Part shown: positions 10,721-22,345 of the stretch, one piece after another
How the letters are laid out: each line of letters starts with the position of its first letter
Numbering within the stretch: position 1 is the stretch's first letter
Source of the DNA: Octopus bimaculoides
Lineage: Eukaryota
Length of the DNA: 64,000 nt
Direction: 5' to 3'
NCBI RefSeq assembly: GCF_001194135.2
Contig: NC_068981.1
Location: 93,475,406-93,539,405, forward strand
Notes under the pieces: model-generated
Told to the model about the DNA's origin: nothing
What the model saw: only the letters and a program-made list of their open reading frames with translations
Database searches by the model: none
Translations under genes and position numbers: made by a program

Positions 10721-11269
10721 ATATCATCAAGTCTATTCTTCCTTTGATCGGGTACCTTCTGATCTCGTTACTGGTGCGTTTCAACTCTGTCCCCCTAATG
10801 AAATTCTTTACACGCATGCACTGACACACCAGACATACAAACATCCACACACTCAGCGTAAGAGTTATACATATACCAAGAAAGGTGTAAGTTTTCAATA
10901 TATATACATATATAGAGAGGTGTAAGTTTTCAATGAGAAAAACCTAAAAGACAGAGACAGATAGAGAGAGGTACATAGACGTGTGACTGACTTGCATTAC
11001 ATGTCATATCAAGTGAGAGGAGGAAGTAGCATGTACAAAGAGAATGGGAGAGAGTGCCGTAAATGTATAGAGAAGGAAAATGCGTAAAAGGCAGGGAGAG
11101 GCAGATAAACAGATAGGTAAATAATATATTTTGATTACCACTGAAAAACAACCTCTCTGGGAAGCAGATGGCGAAGGTCAAGTCCGTTTTTTCTCTCGGA
11201 CAGACCATTTGGGAGCGTATCTGTGACATACACATATACAGACACGTATACCTTCTCATTTATATAGCA

Positions 11270-12128
11270 GAATCTACTAAGTGGATAATGTTTGGAAATT
11301 TTGGTACAAGACCAGTTCTTGACTGATATTTATTTTATCGACACCGAAAGGATGAAGGGCAAAGTCAGCCTCGGCGGAATTTGAGGACCACAAAATGCCG
11401 CTATACATTTGGACCGACGTACTAAAGGTTCTGTCAGGCTGGAGTTTGGTCAGGATAAATGTTGTTATATTTACAGGTGATAATGGATTCAAATTTTGGC
11501 ACAAAGCCAGGAATTTTAGAGGGGGTCGAAGTTGATTACATCAGAACTTGTGTTTAACTGGCACTTATTCTATCGACCTCGAAAACATAAAAAAATCGGT
11601 CTTGAGGGCATTTGACTACAGAATGTAAAACCGAAAAACATGACCGCATGCATTTTTTTCCCGGTGAGCCAACGACTCTGCCAGCGACTCTGCCAACTCG
11701 CTGTCTTAGATATAGTTAATAATACCTTCAAATTTTCCTATAAGACCAGCAAGTTTAAGGAAAGGGTTAATTGGACCACACCGACCTCAGGCAGATTAAA
11801 GGCAAAGTAGGCCTTCGCAGAATTTGAACTCAGAACGTAGACGGACGAAATGCCGCTGAGCATTTTGCCTGGCGTGCTAAATGTTCTGATAGCTCGCCCC
11901 TTAGATATAGATAATGATTTCAAATCATGGTACAGGGGCAATAATTATAAAAGAGTAGGTAAGTTGGTCACATCAGCCCCAGTACTCAACCGTTACTTAT
12001 TTTATCGACCTTGAACTATGATGGGGAAAATTGACATCAACTCCATTTGCACTCAGAGCGTACAGCCGGAAGAAATGCCGCTAAGCATTTTGTTCGGCAT
12101 GCTAACGATTCCCCCCAGTTCACCGAGT
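11270..12128 (-). mobile_element. Cluster of about 4 head-to-tail degenerate SINE copies (family C, Nin/Deu-like core)
   Basis: Repeated reverse complements of TTAGCA..CCG..GAAATGC..AGCGG...TTC(T)GAGTTCAAATTC..CGAGG..GACTTTGCCTTTCATCCTTTCGG.GTCGATAAA at about 11270-11420, 11500-11700, 11745-11900 and 11955-12128. Confidence 0.75.
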
Positions 12129-12130
12129 TA

Positions 12131-13392
12131 CGGGGATTTGACAAAAAAATGGAAACACCTTAAAATTTCAAACAAATTTATTGTAATATGAGGTAGGACC
12201 GCCTTTGGCAATAATTACAGCTTGAATTCTATGAGGTATGGACTCGTACAAAGTTTGAATTGTTTCCAAAGGAATTTTTGTCCATTCTTCAGCTAAAACA
12301 TTCTCTAGTTCGCGTAGTGATGACGGTAGAGGATATCGACTCCTTACTTGTTTTTCTAAAATGCACCATAAATATTTAATAATATTGAGATTTGAGGACT
12401 GTGGTGGCCAGATAGAATGTTCAACTTCACTAGAATGTTCCTCGTGCCATTCAGTAACAACTTTAACTGTGTGAATTGGTGCATTATCATCCAGAAAGAT
12501 TGTGTATCCCTCCGGAAACAGTTCCGCAACCATAGGATGAATTTGATCAGATAAAATGCTTAGATAGGCTTGACTATTAATTTTGCCATGAAGGGAAACC
12601 ATTAAACCGGCGGATTTCCAAGATATAGTCCCCCAGATCATCACAGATCCTCTTTTTTATTTAACAATTGGAAGAAGGCAGTCTGCGTCAAATGCTTCTT
12701 TTGCTGTCCCCACACGTATACTCGGTCGGTTGTCAGAAATAAGGTAAAGGATGACTCGTCCGAGAAAATAACATTCTTCCTCTGCTCTAGGGACCAACTC
12801 TAAACGCTTTGCAACGTTTGTTTTTGAAAGTAGTGATTTTCTGATTGCAACACTCCTGTGAAATCCGGCTTTGTGCAGCTCGCGGCGAACAGTTTTTGTG
12901 GAAACTGGGTTCTCGAGGTGGTCATTAAGCTCTGCAGTAATTTTGGGAGCTGTACTTTTGTTATCCTTTCTAACAATTCGCTTAAGAATCCGACGGTCCC
13001 TATCTGAAAGTCTAGGTTTTCTTCCGGAGTTTTGTTTCGACGAGGAGGATTTTCCCTCTTTCTCGAAGGCTTTCATTACTTTGGATACAGTACTTCTCGA
13101 TACAGCAAACATTTCGACTGTTTTCGTTTCGTAAGCGCCGTCCATACGAGCACCAACAATTTGAAATCTTTGAAAGTCCAATAGATCTGTCATTTTACTG
13201 AATTTTGATTACCTTTTTCTGAGGATACCTGAAAAAAAAAAACAATTCTGAAGATACCTGGAAAAAAAAACAATTATAGCAAACCATAAAACCAAAAAAC
13301 ATAAAAATGAACAAGCTTTTGACGGTTTTATAGATATTTCAAAATTATGATGCTCTGATGCTTGGTGTTTCCATTATTTTGTCCAACCCCTG
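12131..13392 (-). mobile_element. Full-length (1262 bp) inactive Tc1-like transposon, DD36E spacing (Incomer-type)
   Basis: 29-bp TIRs (CAGGGGTTGGACAAAATAATGGAAACACC, 4 mismatches) with TA on both sides (12129-30, 13393-94). The transposase is split by frameshifts. Confidence 0.95.
12168..13193 (-). pseudogene. Tc1-family transposase pseudogene
   Basis: MTDLLDFQRFQIVGAR...GRKPRLSDRDRR (HTH), VIFSDES in a shifted frame, MIWGTISW, DDNAPIH...WPPQSSNLNIIKYLW. The third catalytic E is mutated to K (gaa>aaa). Confidence 0.92.
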
Positions 13393-13411
13393 TATAATAA
13401 AACGATTGAGT

Positions 13412-13617
13412 CAAAGCAGAGAGCTCGCAGAAACCTTTGCACACCGGGTGAAATGCTTAGCGGTACTCCGTTTGTCTTTACGTGCAAATTCCGCCGAGGT
13501 CGACTGTGCCTTTCATCCTTTCAGAGTCGATAAATTAAGTACCAGCTGCGCACTGGGCTCAATTTAATCGACTGGCCTCTCCCCCAAAATTTCGGCCCTT
13601 GTGCCTAGAGTAGAAAA
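13412..13617 (+). mobile_element. SINE family C (Nin/Deu-like core)
   Basis: GAAATGCTTAGCGGTA...CAAATTCCGCCGAGGTCGACTGTGCCTTTCATCCTTTCAGAGTCGATAAATTAAGTACCAG...CCCCAAAATTTCGGCCCTTGTGCCTAGAGTAGAAA. Confidence 0.85.
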
Positions 13618-13866
13618 AAAATAAAATGATTGGGTGTGATACAGAATTTCTTTAAACAAAGATTACATGAATTAAAGCCTATTTTCTCTTACCTTAGCGT
13701 CTTGAAAATCAAATGAAATAAGGTTAAAAAACAAATATCAATAAAAACAAGTTTTAAATAATTCTTCAAGGATATCTAACATGATGTTAACTTTGAAATT
13801 TATTGGAAATTGATTTGATTTTTGCATGTGCCTCATCCAATGCAGTATCAGGAAGTATCAGGTTTT

Positions 13867-14148
13867 CTAATCTGTTAGGTTAGCAGGATATGCTGCTCTC
13901 TTCTTTTCCTTCATACAATTCTCTGTAGAGTTTCCATAAGTGGGTATGACCCTTTGACATGCTTCCGCTAGATTATTGAAACTGTCACTGCGAACTTGAC
14001 ACGTTTCTTCTATTGTTTCAGGAGCGTGGGATTTTATTTTCGTAATAAATAACTCTTTCTCCACTTTAACTGATTTATCTATTTGTGCGTTCGTTACATG
14101 AACACGCTTTTTGCATTGCACCCACCTCTCACATTTCGAGAATGGAGT
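13867..14148 (-). mobile_element. Possible Mutator/FLYWCH-type transposase N-terminal fragment
   Basis: Open frame SKCERWVQCKKRVHVT...KSHAPE...IPTYGNS...KKRAAYPANLTD loosely resembles FLYWCH C..C...HxH plus the LP..RxR..PxxP segment. Recognised by eye only. Confidence 0.35.
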
Positions 14149-14152
14149 ATTA

Positions 14153-14184
14153 TCTATCTATCTACCTACAGACATACAGATACG

Positions 14185-14255
<71 letters not shown>

Positions 14256-14256
14256 G

Positions 14257-14289
<33 letters not shown>

Positions 14290-14290
14290 C
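14153..14290. repeat. (TATC)/(GATA)n microsatellite
   Basis: Directly visible. Confidence 0.95.
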
Positions 14291-14322
14291 GGTGAGTTCA
14301 TCAAGCCTACAAACACCAAACT

Positions 14323-14550
14323 GTGGAGGCGTTTGGCTTAGTGGTTAGGGTGTTGGACTCATCATTGTAAGATTGTAGTTTCGATTCCTGGACTAAGTGA
14401 CGCGTTGTTTTCCTGAGCAAAACACTTCATTTCACGTTACTCACATCCACTCAGCTGGCAAAGATGAGTAATCCCGTGACAGATAAGGAATTTATACGTG
14501 ATGGAAACCGGGAAACCGGCCCTTATGACTCGAGAAGGTAACTTTACTTA
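14323..14550 (+). mobile_element. tRNA-derived SINE (family D: core domain plus ACTTT tail)
   Basis: A box TGGCTTAGTGG, B box GTTTCGATTCC, core TGAGCAAAACACTTCATTTCACG...CCACTCAGCTGGCAAA, tail CTCGAGAAGGTAACTTTACTTA. Confidence 0.75.
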
Positions 14551-15361
14551 CTGACACTGATTTCACCGCTACCACGACCGATATTATCATCACAACGACT
14601 GTGAGATTTACCGTTGCCTACCAAGATATCAGCACCGACCACTACTACTACAACATCTACCACCTCCATCACCAATATCAATGCAGATAGTTATCTTCAT
14701 CACTACTACAGCTAACCTATTCCTAGCTATCCACAACTTCCCCCACTATGACCTCTACGACCAATGACAGCACTCTTTGGGGTAAACTGCTGCTGCTACT
14801 TTAGTACCACAACCTCTGCACTGGAGTAAGAGAGGTTCTCTACCATTTTTTTTATTTATGGACCCCTTTGAGTACTATTTTATTTTGGCGAACTCCCATA
14901 GCAATTCAATGTTTTAAAACTAGTTTTATAGGAACTTCTTTCAAAATTCTTATTTTGTTATTCACGCATTAACTTGTGTAGGTTGAACTGTGTAAAATGT
15001 TAGAGAAAGAAACCTAGCTGTTTCTTGCAATACATAACAATACATACAACTAAAACATTTTTGTTTCAGGAATCCTTAAAGAGTATTGTAGATCTCTAAT
15101 TTACTCCTTTGTGGCGTGGACCCTACAAAATCTTATATGGACCCCAGTTGAGAACCACTGTACTACACGGACAAACTGAGGTTACTCCCGTAAACCAATC
15201 AACAATACACAAACATATATAACTTTAAATTGTATTTCTTAAGATAAGCATTTGTGCCAAAAGTACATAAAAGGCTACTTAACTTTCCTGTTCGCATTGT
15301 AAGAAAAGGAAAAATTAAATAACCATCATGCATCAGTTGTCAAGCGGTAGACGGCAAACAT

Positions 15362-15747
15362 GTTGTTGTTGGCACTCCGTCGCTTACGACGACGAGAGCT
15401 CCAGTTGATCCGATCAACGGAACAGCCTGCTCGTGAAATTAACGTGCAAGTGGTTGAGCACTCCACAGACACGTGTACCCTTAACGTAGTTCTCGGGGAT
15501 ATTCAGCGTGACACAGTGTGACAAGGCTGGCCCTTTGAATTACAGGTACAACAAAAACAGGAAGCAAGAGTGAGAGAAAGTTGTAGTGAAGGAGTACAGC
15601 AGGGTTTGCCACCATCCCCGCCCGAGCCTCGTGGAGCTTTAGGTGTTTTCGCTCAATAAACACTCACAACGCCCGGTCTGGGAATCGAAACCGCGATCCT
15701 ATGACCGCGAGTCCGCTGCCCTAACCACTGGGCCATTGCGCCTCCAC
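15362..15747 (-). mobile_element. Full-length tRNA-derived SINE (family A) with 14-bp TSD, nested in an older family B SINE
   Basis: Head GTGGAGGCGCAATGGCCCAGTGGTTAGGGCAGCGG...GGTTTCGATTCC, (CAA)n tail, TSD TAGACGGCAAACAT at 15348-15361 and 15748-15761. Confidence 0.93.
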
Positions 15748-15761
15748 TAGACGGCAAACAT

Positions 15762-15950
15762 AAACACAGAGTTAAGCACGGAGATACACATATACACGCG
15801 AGCACACATACATACATGACGGCTCCTACATATTTTACCTCTACTAAATTCACTCAGAAGGCACTGGTTGGTACAGAGCTATAGTAGGAGTCACTTGCAC
15901 AAGGGGCCGCGCAGAGAGATTAAACTGCAAACGACGTAGTTACGAAACCA
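15762..15950 (-). mobile_element. Degenerate family B SINE (host of the 15362-15747 insertion)
   Basis: CTACTAAATTCACTCAGAAGGCACTGGTTGGTACAGAGCTATAGTAGGAGTCACTTGCACAAGG matches family B; continues at about 15325-15347. Confidence 0.7.
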
Positions 15951-16375
15951 CACCCATTTGAAATAGTACCTGAATCACCCTCAAACCGTACTTATTCTTT
16001 GGGGAAAAGACACATCGCAAAAAAAAAAAATTACACATACCTAGAAAACACAATGATATAGGCATGATTGGATCGTAGACCAGCTCAATTATGGTTGAAT
16101 CAAGTTAAACAACACCGTTCTATTAAGTGAGAAGCAGCAAAATAATTGCTTTATAATTGAAAAGTGTTGTGCTAATTTACGTAAATCTACTATCTCGCCG
16201 GTTAGTGCAACGATCGTAAATTAACAACAAGTCGTTTGTCGTTAACGACCAATTATTTAAATGAAATATTACAGTAAATTAACACGAAACGACCAGTTTT
16301 CTCATGGTAACTATCTTTGCTGCAAAGTACTTTCAAATACATGAAGAATCAACATCGTGTATTGCACCCCCAAGT

Positions 16376-16425
<50 letters not shown>

Positions 16426-16481
16426 CATACATACATACATACATACATATATGTATGTACTATATATATATGCATACATAC

Positions 16482-16521
<40 letters not shown>

Positions 16522-17298
16522 GTGTATATGTGTGTATAAATATATGTATAATATATGTATATATATACTTATCTAAGAATTTATATATGTACGTCTGCAT
16601 TTATGTAATCAAGATATAAATAAGAATGGAAAACTATATATCCCCGAAGACTTGTTTATTGCACTATTATATACAATACAGTTTAGATAATTCTCATTCC
16701 GAATGTGTTTCTGCTGCATGGATGCCCTAAGATGTAGCCTTTAATTGCATCCTGTTGGTTCAATCACTTTAGAAGTAATCCAAGGTATACGTATCCACGC
16801 AAATTTGTTCAAAGTAGTACCTTTGAAGAAAACTAAGGAGTTCAGTATTTGATATTCGTATCTTTTAAACTTAGGATGACCCTTAAGGATAAAATATATT
16901 TAGTAGTCGGAGAAACCCTAACTAGGCCAAGATTTGTTTCCTCCACAGACCACGTAAGATAAAGATGGAAAGAACTTTAAAGATATATAGTTACATTAAG
17001 AGGAATCAAGTGAATTAGGAACTGAATTCGAGCAACACAAAAGAGTAAAGCTTATTGTTAGATTGCAAAATGCTAACTATAGTGAGCCTACAATTTTTGA
17101 TTATTTTGTTCCGTGTGCTCCTTTGTAAGGAATATCTTATGAAAAATTCTTATTTGGGGAAACATCTAAACACTTTCCTGAAAGAATGCAGTCATCTCGG
17201 GGCTAATTCGTGTCTATGGTTCAATGAGTTTATATAAAGATCAAGATATGGAAGGTTATTTCCAAGCGTAAATTACATCTCGAGTTTTCAAAGGTATA

Positions 17299-18097
17299 CG
17301 TTGTCTGACCAATAAGTATCCGGGCTGTAGCCATAGTAACGAAGCTAAAGCATGCAGAGTAAAGTCGCTTGGCACAGATTGACCTTAAACTCTGTTGTGC
17401 ATGCGCATTAAGTTCCAATATTCTAGCTTACTTCTACTGTTTACAGCAGTGCTTGGAAGGAACGTATGTAGGGTGTGATCGTCGCATTGACCATGGCAGA
17501 GAAAATTGAGCAGAGGATTTACATAGAATTTTGCCTGTTCAGAGGCCTACGCAAAGTTTAGAAAATGTTTCATCGTTCTCGACACAATCAAGGAGATCTT
17601 GTGCAACTGGTCAGCTGAAGGCAGTTTTTGCCCAAACTTGGCAGACTCGTCTCATATCCAAATCTTCAGTGATAATGGACTGAACTGAACTGAAACTTAT
17701 CTGCACATTCTCTGATAACTCACAGCTGCACGCACATCTGCAGTGTGTTTCTCAGTTCTGCTGCTTGAAAGTCACTCGGAACGTTCGTTAATATTGACAT
17801 TTTCAGCCATCTTGGAAACGTCTGAACCACTCGGAAACTTGTGTGCGGCTCATACACTCCTCTCCATACAATTTCTGCAACCTTGTGTAGGCCTCTGAGC
17901 AGGTATCTCCATGAGAGCTTTCTCTCTTATGGTCAATGTGAGGATCACACGCTACACACCTTCTTTCCAAGCACTGCTGTAAAGTGCTGAAGTGAGCTAG
18001 AACGTTAAAACGTAGAGTGCATGTACAGCAGTTTCACTCTGCATGCTTTAGCTTCATTACTAAGGCAACAGTCCGAATGCTTATTGATCAGACCTCG
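17299..18097. mobile_element. Mariner-derived non-autonomous element made of two inverted left ends
   Basis: About 62-bp TIR-like match, TA on both sides. N-terminal transposase sequence on + (MAEKIEQRIYIEFC...SEAY) and on - (CSEAYTRLQKLYGEECMSRTQVSEWFRRFQDG...VQSIITEDLDMRRV). Confidence 0.85.
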
Positions 18098-18441
18098 TAT
18101 GGTGAAGTTCTAATAATTATTTCCCTGTTAGTACCAAATTTGATGTTTTTATCCTTTAATAATTAAATGAATCCGCTCAGACTTCTCTTCTTTTTATCGC
18201 TTTCCTTGAACGAATGAACGTGTTTGATCAATATCGCATTTCACAAAAAAATCTGCTGTTATCTGCACTAAGCACCCATGTCTCGCCCACATAAATTACA
18301 GGACTATCAAATATTGAACTCCTCAGGTCTCTCCAAAAACCCGCTAATGCAACTTAGTCAACAGGATTCAATTAAAAGCAACATCTTAGAACATCCATGC
18401 AACAGAAACACATGTCGGATTCAGATTTAATATGAATGTAC

Positions 18442-18474
<33 letters not shown>

Positions 18475-18795
18475 NNNNNNNNNNNNNNNNNNNNNNNNNN
18501 NNNNNNNNNNNNNNNNNNNNNNNNNNNNNNNNNNNNNNNNNNNNNNNNNNNNNNNNNNNNNNNNNNNNNNNNNNNNNNNNNNNNNNNNNNNNNNNNAATA
18601 TTATCTCAGTTTAAAAAAAACCTTTGACAATGTAAATATGTTAATAGTTACCATGGGTAGCAAAAATTACACAAAAAAAACAGGTTATCACACCCGTTTT
18701 ATAGGTAGAGATACTAAGTTGAAGTGATGCATTTTGAGTAGATATGAATAATAACAATAAATGGAGCAAAACGCATATAAATAAAAGTTCCTTTA

Positions 18796-18884
18796 ATTCC
18801 TACACATGTTTCAAAATATATGTGTGCTCCCCTCCAAAGAAGTAAGAGCTGCTGGAATTCCACATATATTCATCTTCAAGGAAT
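18796..18884 (-). ncRNA. Hammerhead-like motif (C3U variant) in a probable Penelope pseudo-LTR remnant
   Basis: Minus: AUUCC UUGAAGA u GAAUAUAUGUG...CACAUAUAUUU u GAAA CAUGUG UA GGAAU. 5-bp stem I, 11-bp stem II. Confidence 0.55.
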
Positions 18885-19239
18885 CAACATATAAAAGCAA
18901 GACAAATGCGAAATGATGAGGTAACTTACGCGCTATAATATTAAATGGCCAAGTAAATGACCGTTAGAAGTAAGAACGCTTGTTTCCATAGAGTTATAAA
19001 GGGAGGGGGCTGAAAACGTAATGCTAAAGGTTTAAATTAAATTATTAAAATGGGGGGAGGAAGGCAAAATAGATCACAGTAAAGTAAACTAAAAATCGTA
19101 AGCTAATTGCTAAGTCAACAGTGGAGGAAGGGAGAGAACCAAGGGAATTCATCAAATATAAAACATTTTCTCCTGAAGGAAAAACCTAATGACATGCTTA
19201 ATATGAAGTGAAGAAAGTAAATATAAAAATAAATAAAGC

Positions 19240-19800
19240 ATCATAGCCTAGTAATATATTATATTATTATACGGATATTAACGCTAGTTGATGGTAAAAC
19301 AAGGTACAGGATATTTAGTGGAGAAATAATAATGATAATAATGTGCACGCTTACAAGGAGAAGATCGGAAATACTTAGTTGAAGTTACCGAGGGTACAAA
19401 CAACAACCAGAGTGGCATTACTAGGAAGAATTTACTTAGCTAACTGTAGAAGGGGAAAATAAAGAACTGGTGGTGATTGAGGCAGAAATATATATATATA
19501 TATATTGTTTAATAACATACTGATTTGAAGCGAAGAATGTAAAAATGATAAATGAAACATCATTACCGTGTGATATATTAATATACTGATGTTAACGCAA
19601 ATCAGTGAAAGAGCAAGGTACAAGATATTTTGTTGAGAAATAATAATAACAACAATAAACATGCTTATAAGGAGAAGATCGGATATATAAGGCAAAGTAA
19701 TTAGTGGTACAAAGCAACTCAAGTAGTATTACTGGGAAGGAAATTACTTAATCAACTATAGAAGGGGAAAATAAAAGACAAGTGTCGGTGGATGTAGAAG
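19240..19800. repeat. Diverged tandem duplication, period about 313 bp
   Basis: Anchors AGGAGAAGATCGGA at 19356 and 19670; TAGAAGGGGAAAATAAA at 19447 and 19759. Confidence 0.8.
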
Positions 19801-21470
19801 TAGATATTATTCAGAGGACATTTAGTGAAAAAAAATAAATAAATAAAAATTAAAAAATTAAAAAATTATTTTAAAATATTTTTAAATATTTAAAAAATAT
19901 ATAAAGAAATATATATAAAAAAAATAATAATAATGCTTAAAACCAAACCTAGTTGGAATGATGGACTCCATCATTCCAACTAGGTTANNNNNNNNNNNNN
20001 NNNNNNNNNNNNNNNNNNNNNNNNNNNNNNNNNNNNNNNNNNNNNNNNNNNNNNNNNNNNNNNNNNNNNNNNNNNNNNNNNNNNNNNNNNNNNNNNNNNN
20101 NNNNNNNNNNNNNNNNNNNNNNNNNNNNNNNNNNNNNNNNNNNNNNNNNNNNNNNNNNNNNNNNNNNNNNNNNNNNNNNNNNNNNNNNNNNNNNNNNNNN
20201 NNNNNNNNNNNNNNNNNNNNNNNNNNNNNNNNNNNNNNNNNNNNNNNNNNNNNNNNNNNNNNNNNNNNNNNNNNNNNNNNNNNNNNNNNNNNNNNNNNNN
20301 NNNNNNNNNNNNNNNNNNNNNNNNNNNNNNNNNNNNNNNNNNNNNNNNNNNNNNNNNNNNNNNNNNNNNNNNNNNNNNNNNNNNNNNNNNNNNNNNNNNN
20401 NNNNNNNNNNNNNNNNNNNNNNNNNNNNNNNNNNNNNNNNNNNNNNNNNNNNNNNNNNNNNNNNNNNNNNNNNNNNNNNNNNNNNNNNNNNNNNNNNNNN
20501 GTATATATGTGTGTGTATATATATTAATATATATATATATACGATTCTGTCTTTCAATATTTGCAATTTAGGTGAACAGAGTATCTCTTCTTTCCTTAAG
20601 AACGGAACCCAACTTTAGTTTTCGGGAGGAGATAATATCTGTCTGCGGAGTGTTAAAGCGTAAGGAAGAGAAAACAGAATAGAAAGTGAGAGGGGATGCT
20701 TAACGACTGAAATCGAATGGAAAAGGCTATTTATTGTCATTTAAGTCTGAAAGATTAAATTTCAATTGCCTTCCACTTCATAAATCTGAAATTATTTATT
20801 CACAATGTTCTCTTAATATAAACCAACTATCATGGTTACTCAAATTGATTATTAATCAGTCAGCAACTCAATACACTAGTATGTACCAACCAAAGCGTGT
20901 CATTTGGATATAGTAACTTGAAGAAGAATATAGAAATATGCGTACAGAATGGCAATTAGTATCTGATTAGAGCTTCGTTATTTCATTGAGATCATGACAT
21001 ACAGAAAATTTAACCGTCACGCTTGTTGAAGAGTGATAAATACTCAGCTAGTCGCCAAACCAGCTTCTAGTTCCACCTGTTAGCTGACCACTTTTTTTAA
21101 TATGCCTATTAGATTTTCTTTAGCGTCTGGGGGAGATAAGTTATCGGATGAACTAGTACGTCTCTAGAAGTAAAGATATGAAAGATTTCTTCCAATCGTA
21201 AATTACATTTCGAGTTTCCAATGGAATATGTTGAAAATCCACTAATTATTTCCCATTTACTATAGAATTTGGTGTTTTTATCCTTTAATGACCAGAATCT
21301 ACTTAGGCTCGTACTATTCAGTTTATCTCTAACCTTGACCGAAGAAAGGAGGTTATACAATATCGTGAAAAAACATACTCTATCCACCTAGATTGTAAAT
21401 ATTGAGTGACACAATTACTCACACGCACACATACATACACATACATGTGCGCGAGTCGATATACACACAC

Positions 21471-21510
<40 letters not shown>

Positions 21511-21549
21511 NNNNNNNNNNNNNNNNNNNNNNNNNNNNNNNNNNNNNNN

Positions 21550-21601
<52 letters not shown>

Positions 21602-21639
21602 CGTAAAGTAATAAGGATTTTGAATCCGGGAAGTAACCC

Positions 21640-21713
21640 TACATTTACGCTGATATAATCCAGGTACATTTACGCTGATATAATCCAGGTACATTTACGC
21701 GGATATAATCCAG
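21640..21713. repeat. 25-bp minisatellite x3 (TACATTTACGCTGATATAATCCAGG)
   Basis: Directly visible, no spacers. Confidence 0.92.
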
Positions 21714-21714
21714 T

Positions 21715-22345
21715 GTACAGATGTCTATTCCGAATGGAACAGAAATCTGCATCACCAGAGAGCCACCTGATTGACAAACGTACGATATTTTTCAAGATTT
21801 CTTGGTAGATCGCTCCACAGATTGTTCTCTTGGCGAAACAAAGAGGTTCATTCACTGCGATAATTTGACACGGAATTTCAAAGAGCTGGGGGCTCGTGTC
21901 TTTCCAGTCCTCCTTAAATTCTGCAGCTTTGTTTTAGAAGGTGATACAAAACTTGCTCTCAACAGAAAGCAATTTCTATCTGTGTTCAGTACTCTTGGTT
22001 TCTTCTTCTTCTCGATCGCAGCCATCTGCAGTAATACTGTAGATCGTTTACAAGTAATTTGGTGTATTAATTCCAGCTTTTCTCCACATTTTGTGAATCT
22101 CTCCCTCAATATCAAATTGGCTCATTTTAACTAATCTCTCTTGCTGATGAGCTTATTTTTGCTGCGCATTATTCGTGCTAACAACATTGAAGATTGATGG
22201 CTCAACACAGAAACTTGGCAACAGCTAACTTTCTCAAAGATAAACTTCTTTGCCTTTCTCTTCTTGTGGAGTGCATCAACAATGATATTAGACCAGTTAC
22301 CCTGCCAATGATCGTTGCTAAAGGATTTGCAGATTATAAGCATTA
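21715..22345 (-). mobile_element. Degenerate DNA-transposase-like fragment (hATm-like N-terminal motifs)
   Basis: An untracked minus frame reads EIHKMWRKAGINT...EFKEDW..QLFEI...SGDADF, with internal stops. This resembles the W.KA.IPT / F...L..LFDI / ED..FL motifs. By-eye only. Confidence 0.35.

Noticed and set aside
12871-13134. 87-aa plus-strand ORF
   Set aside because: Antisense to the Tc1 transposase
21640-21713. Short direct repeats as a possible CRISPR array
   Set aside because: Contiguous units with no spacers, eukaryotic context, no cas genes
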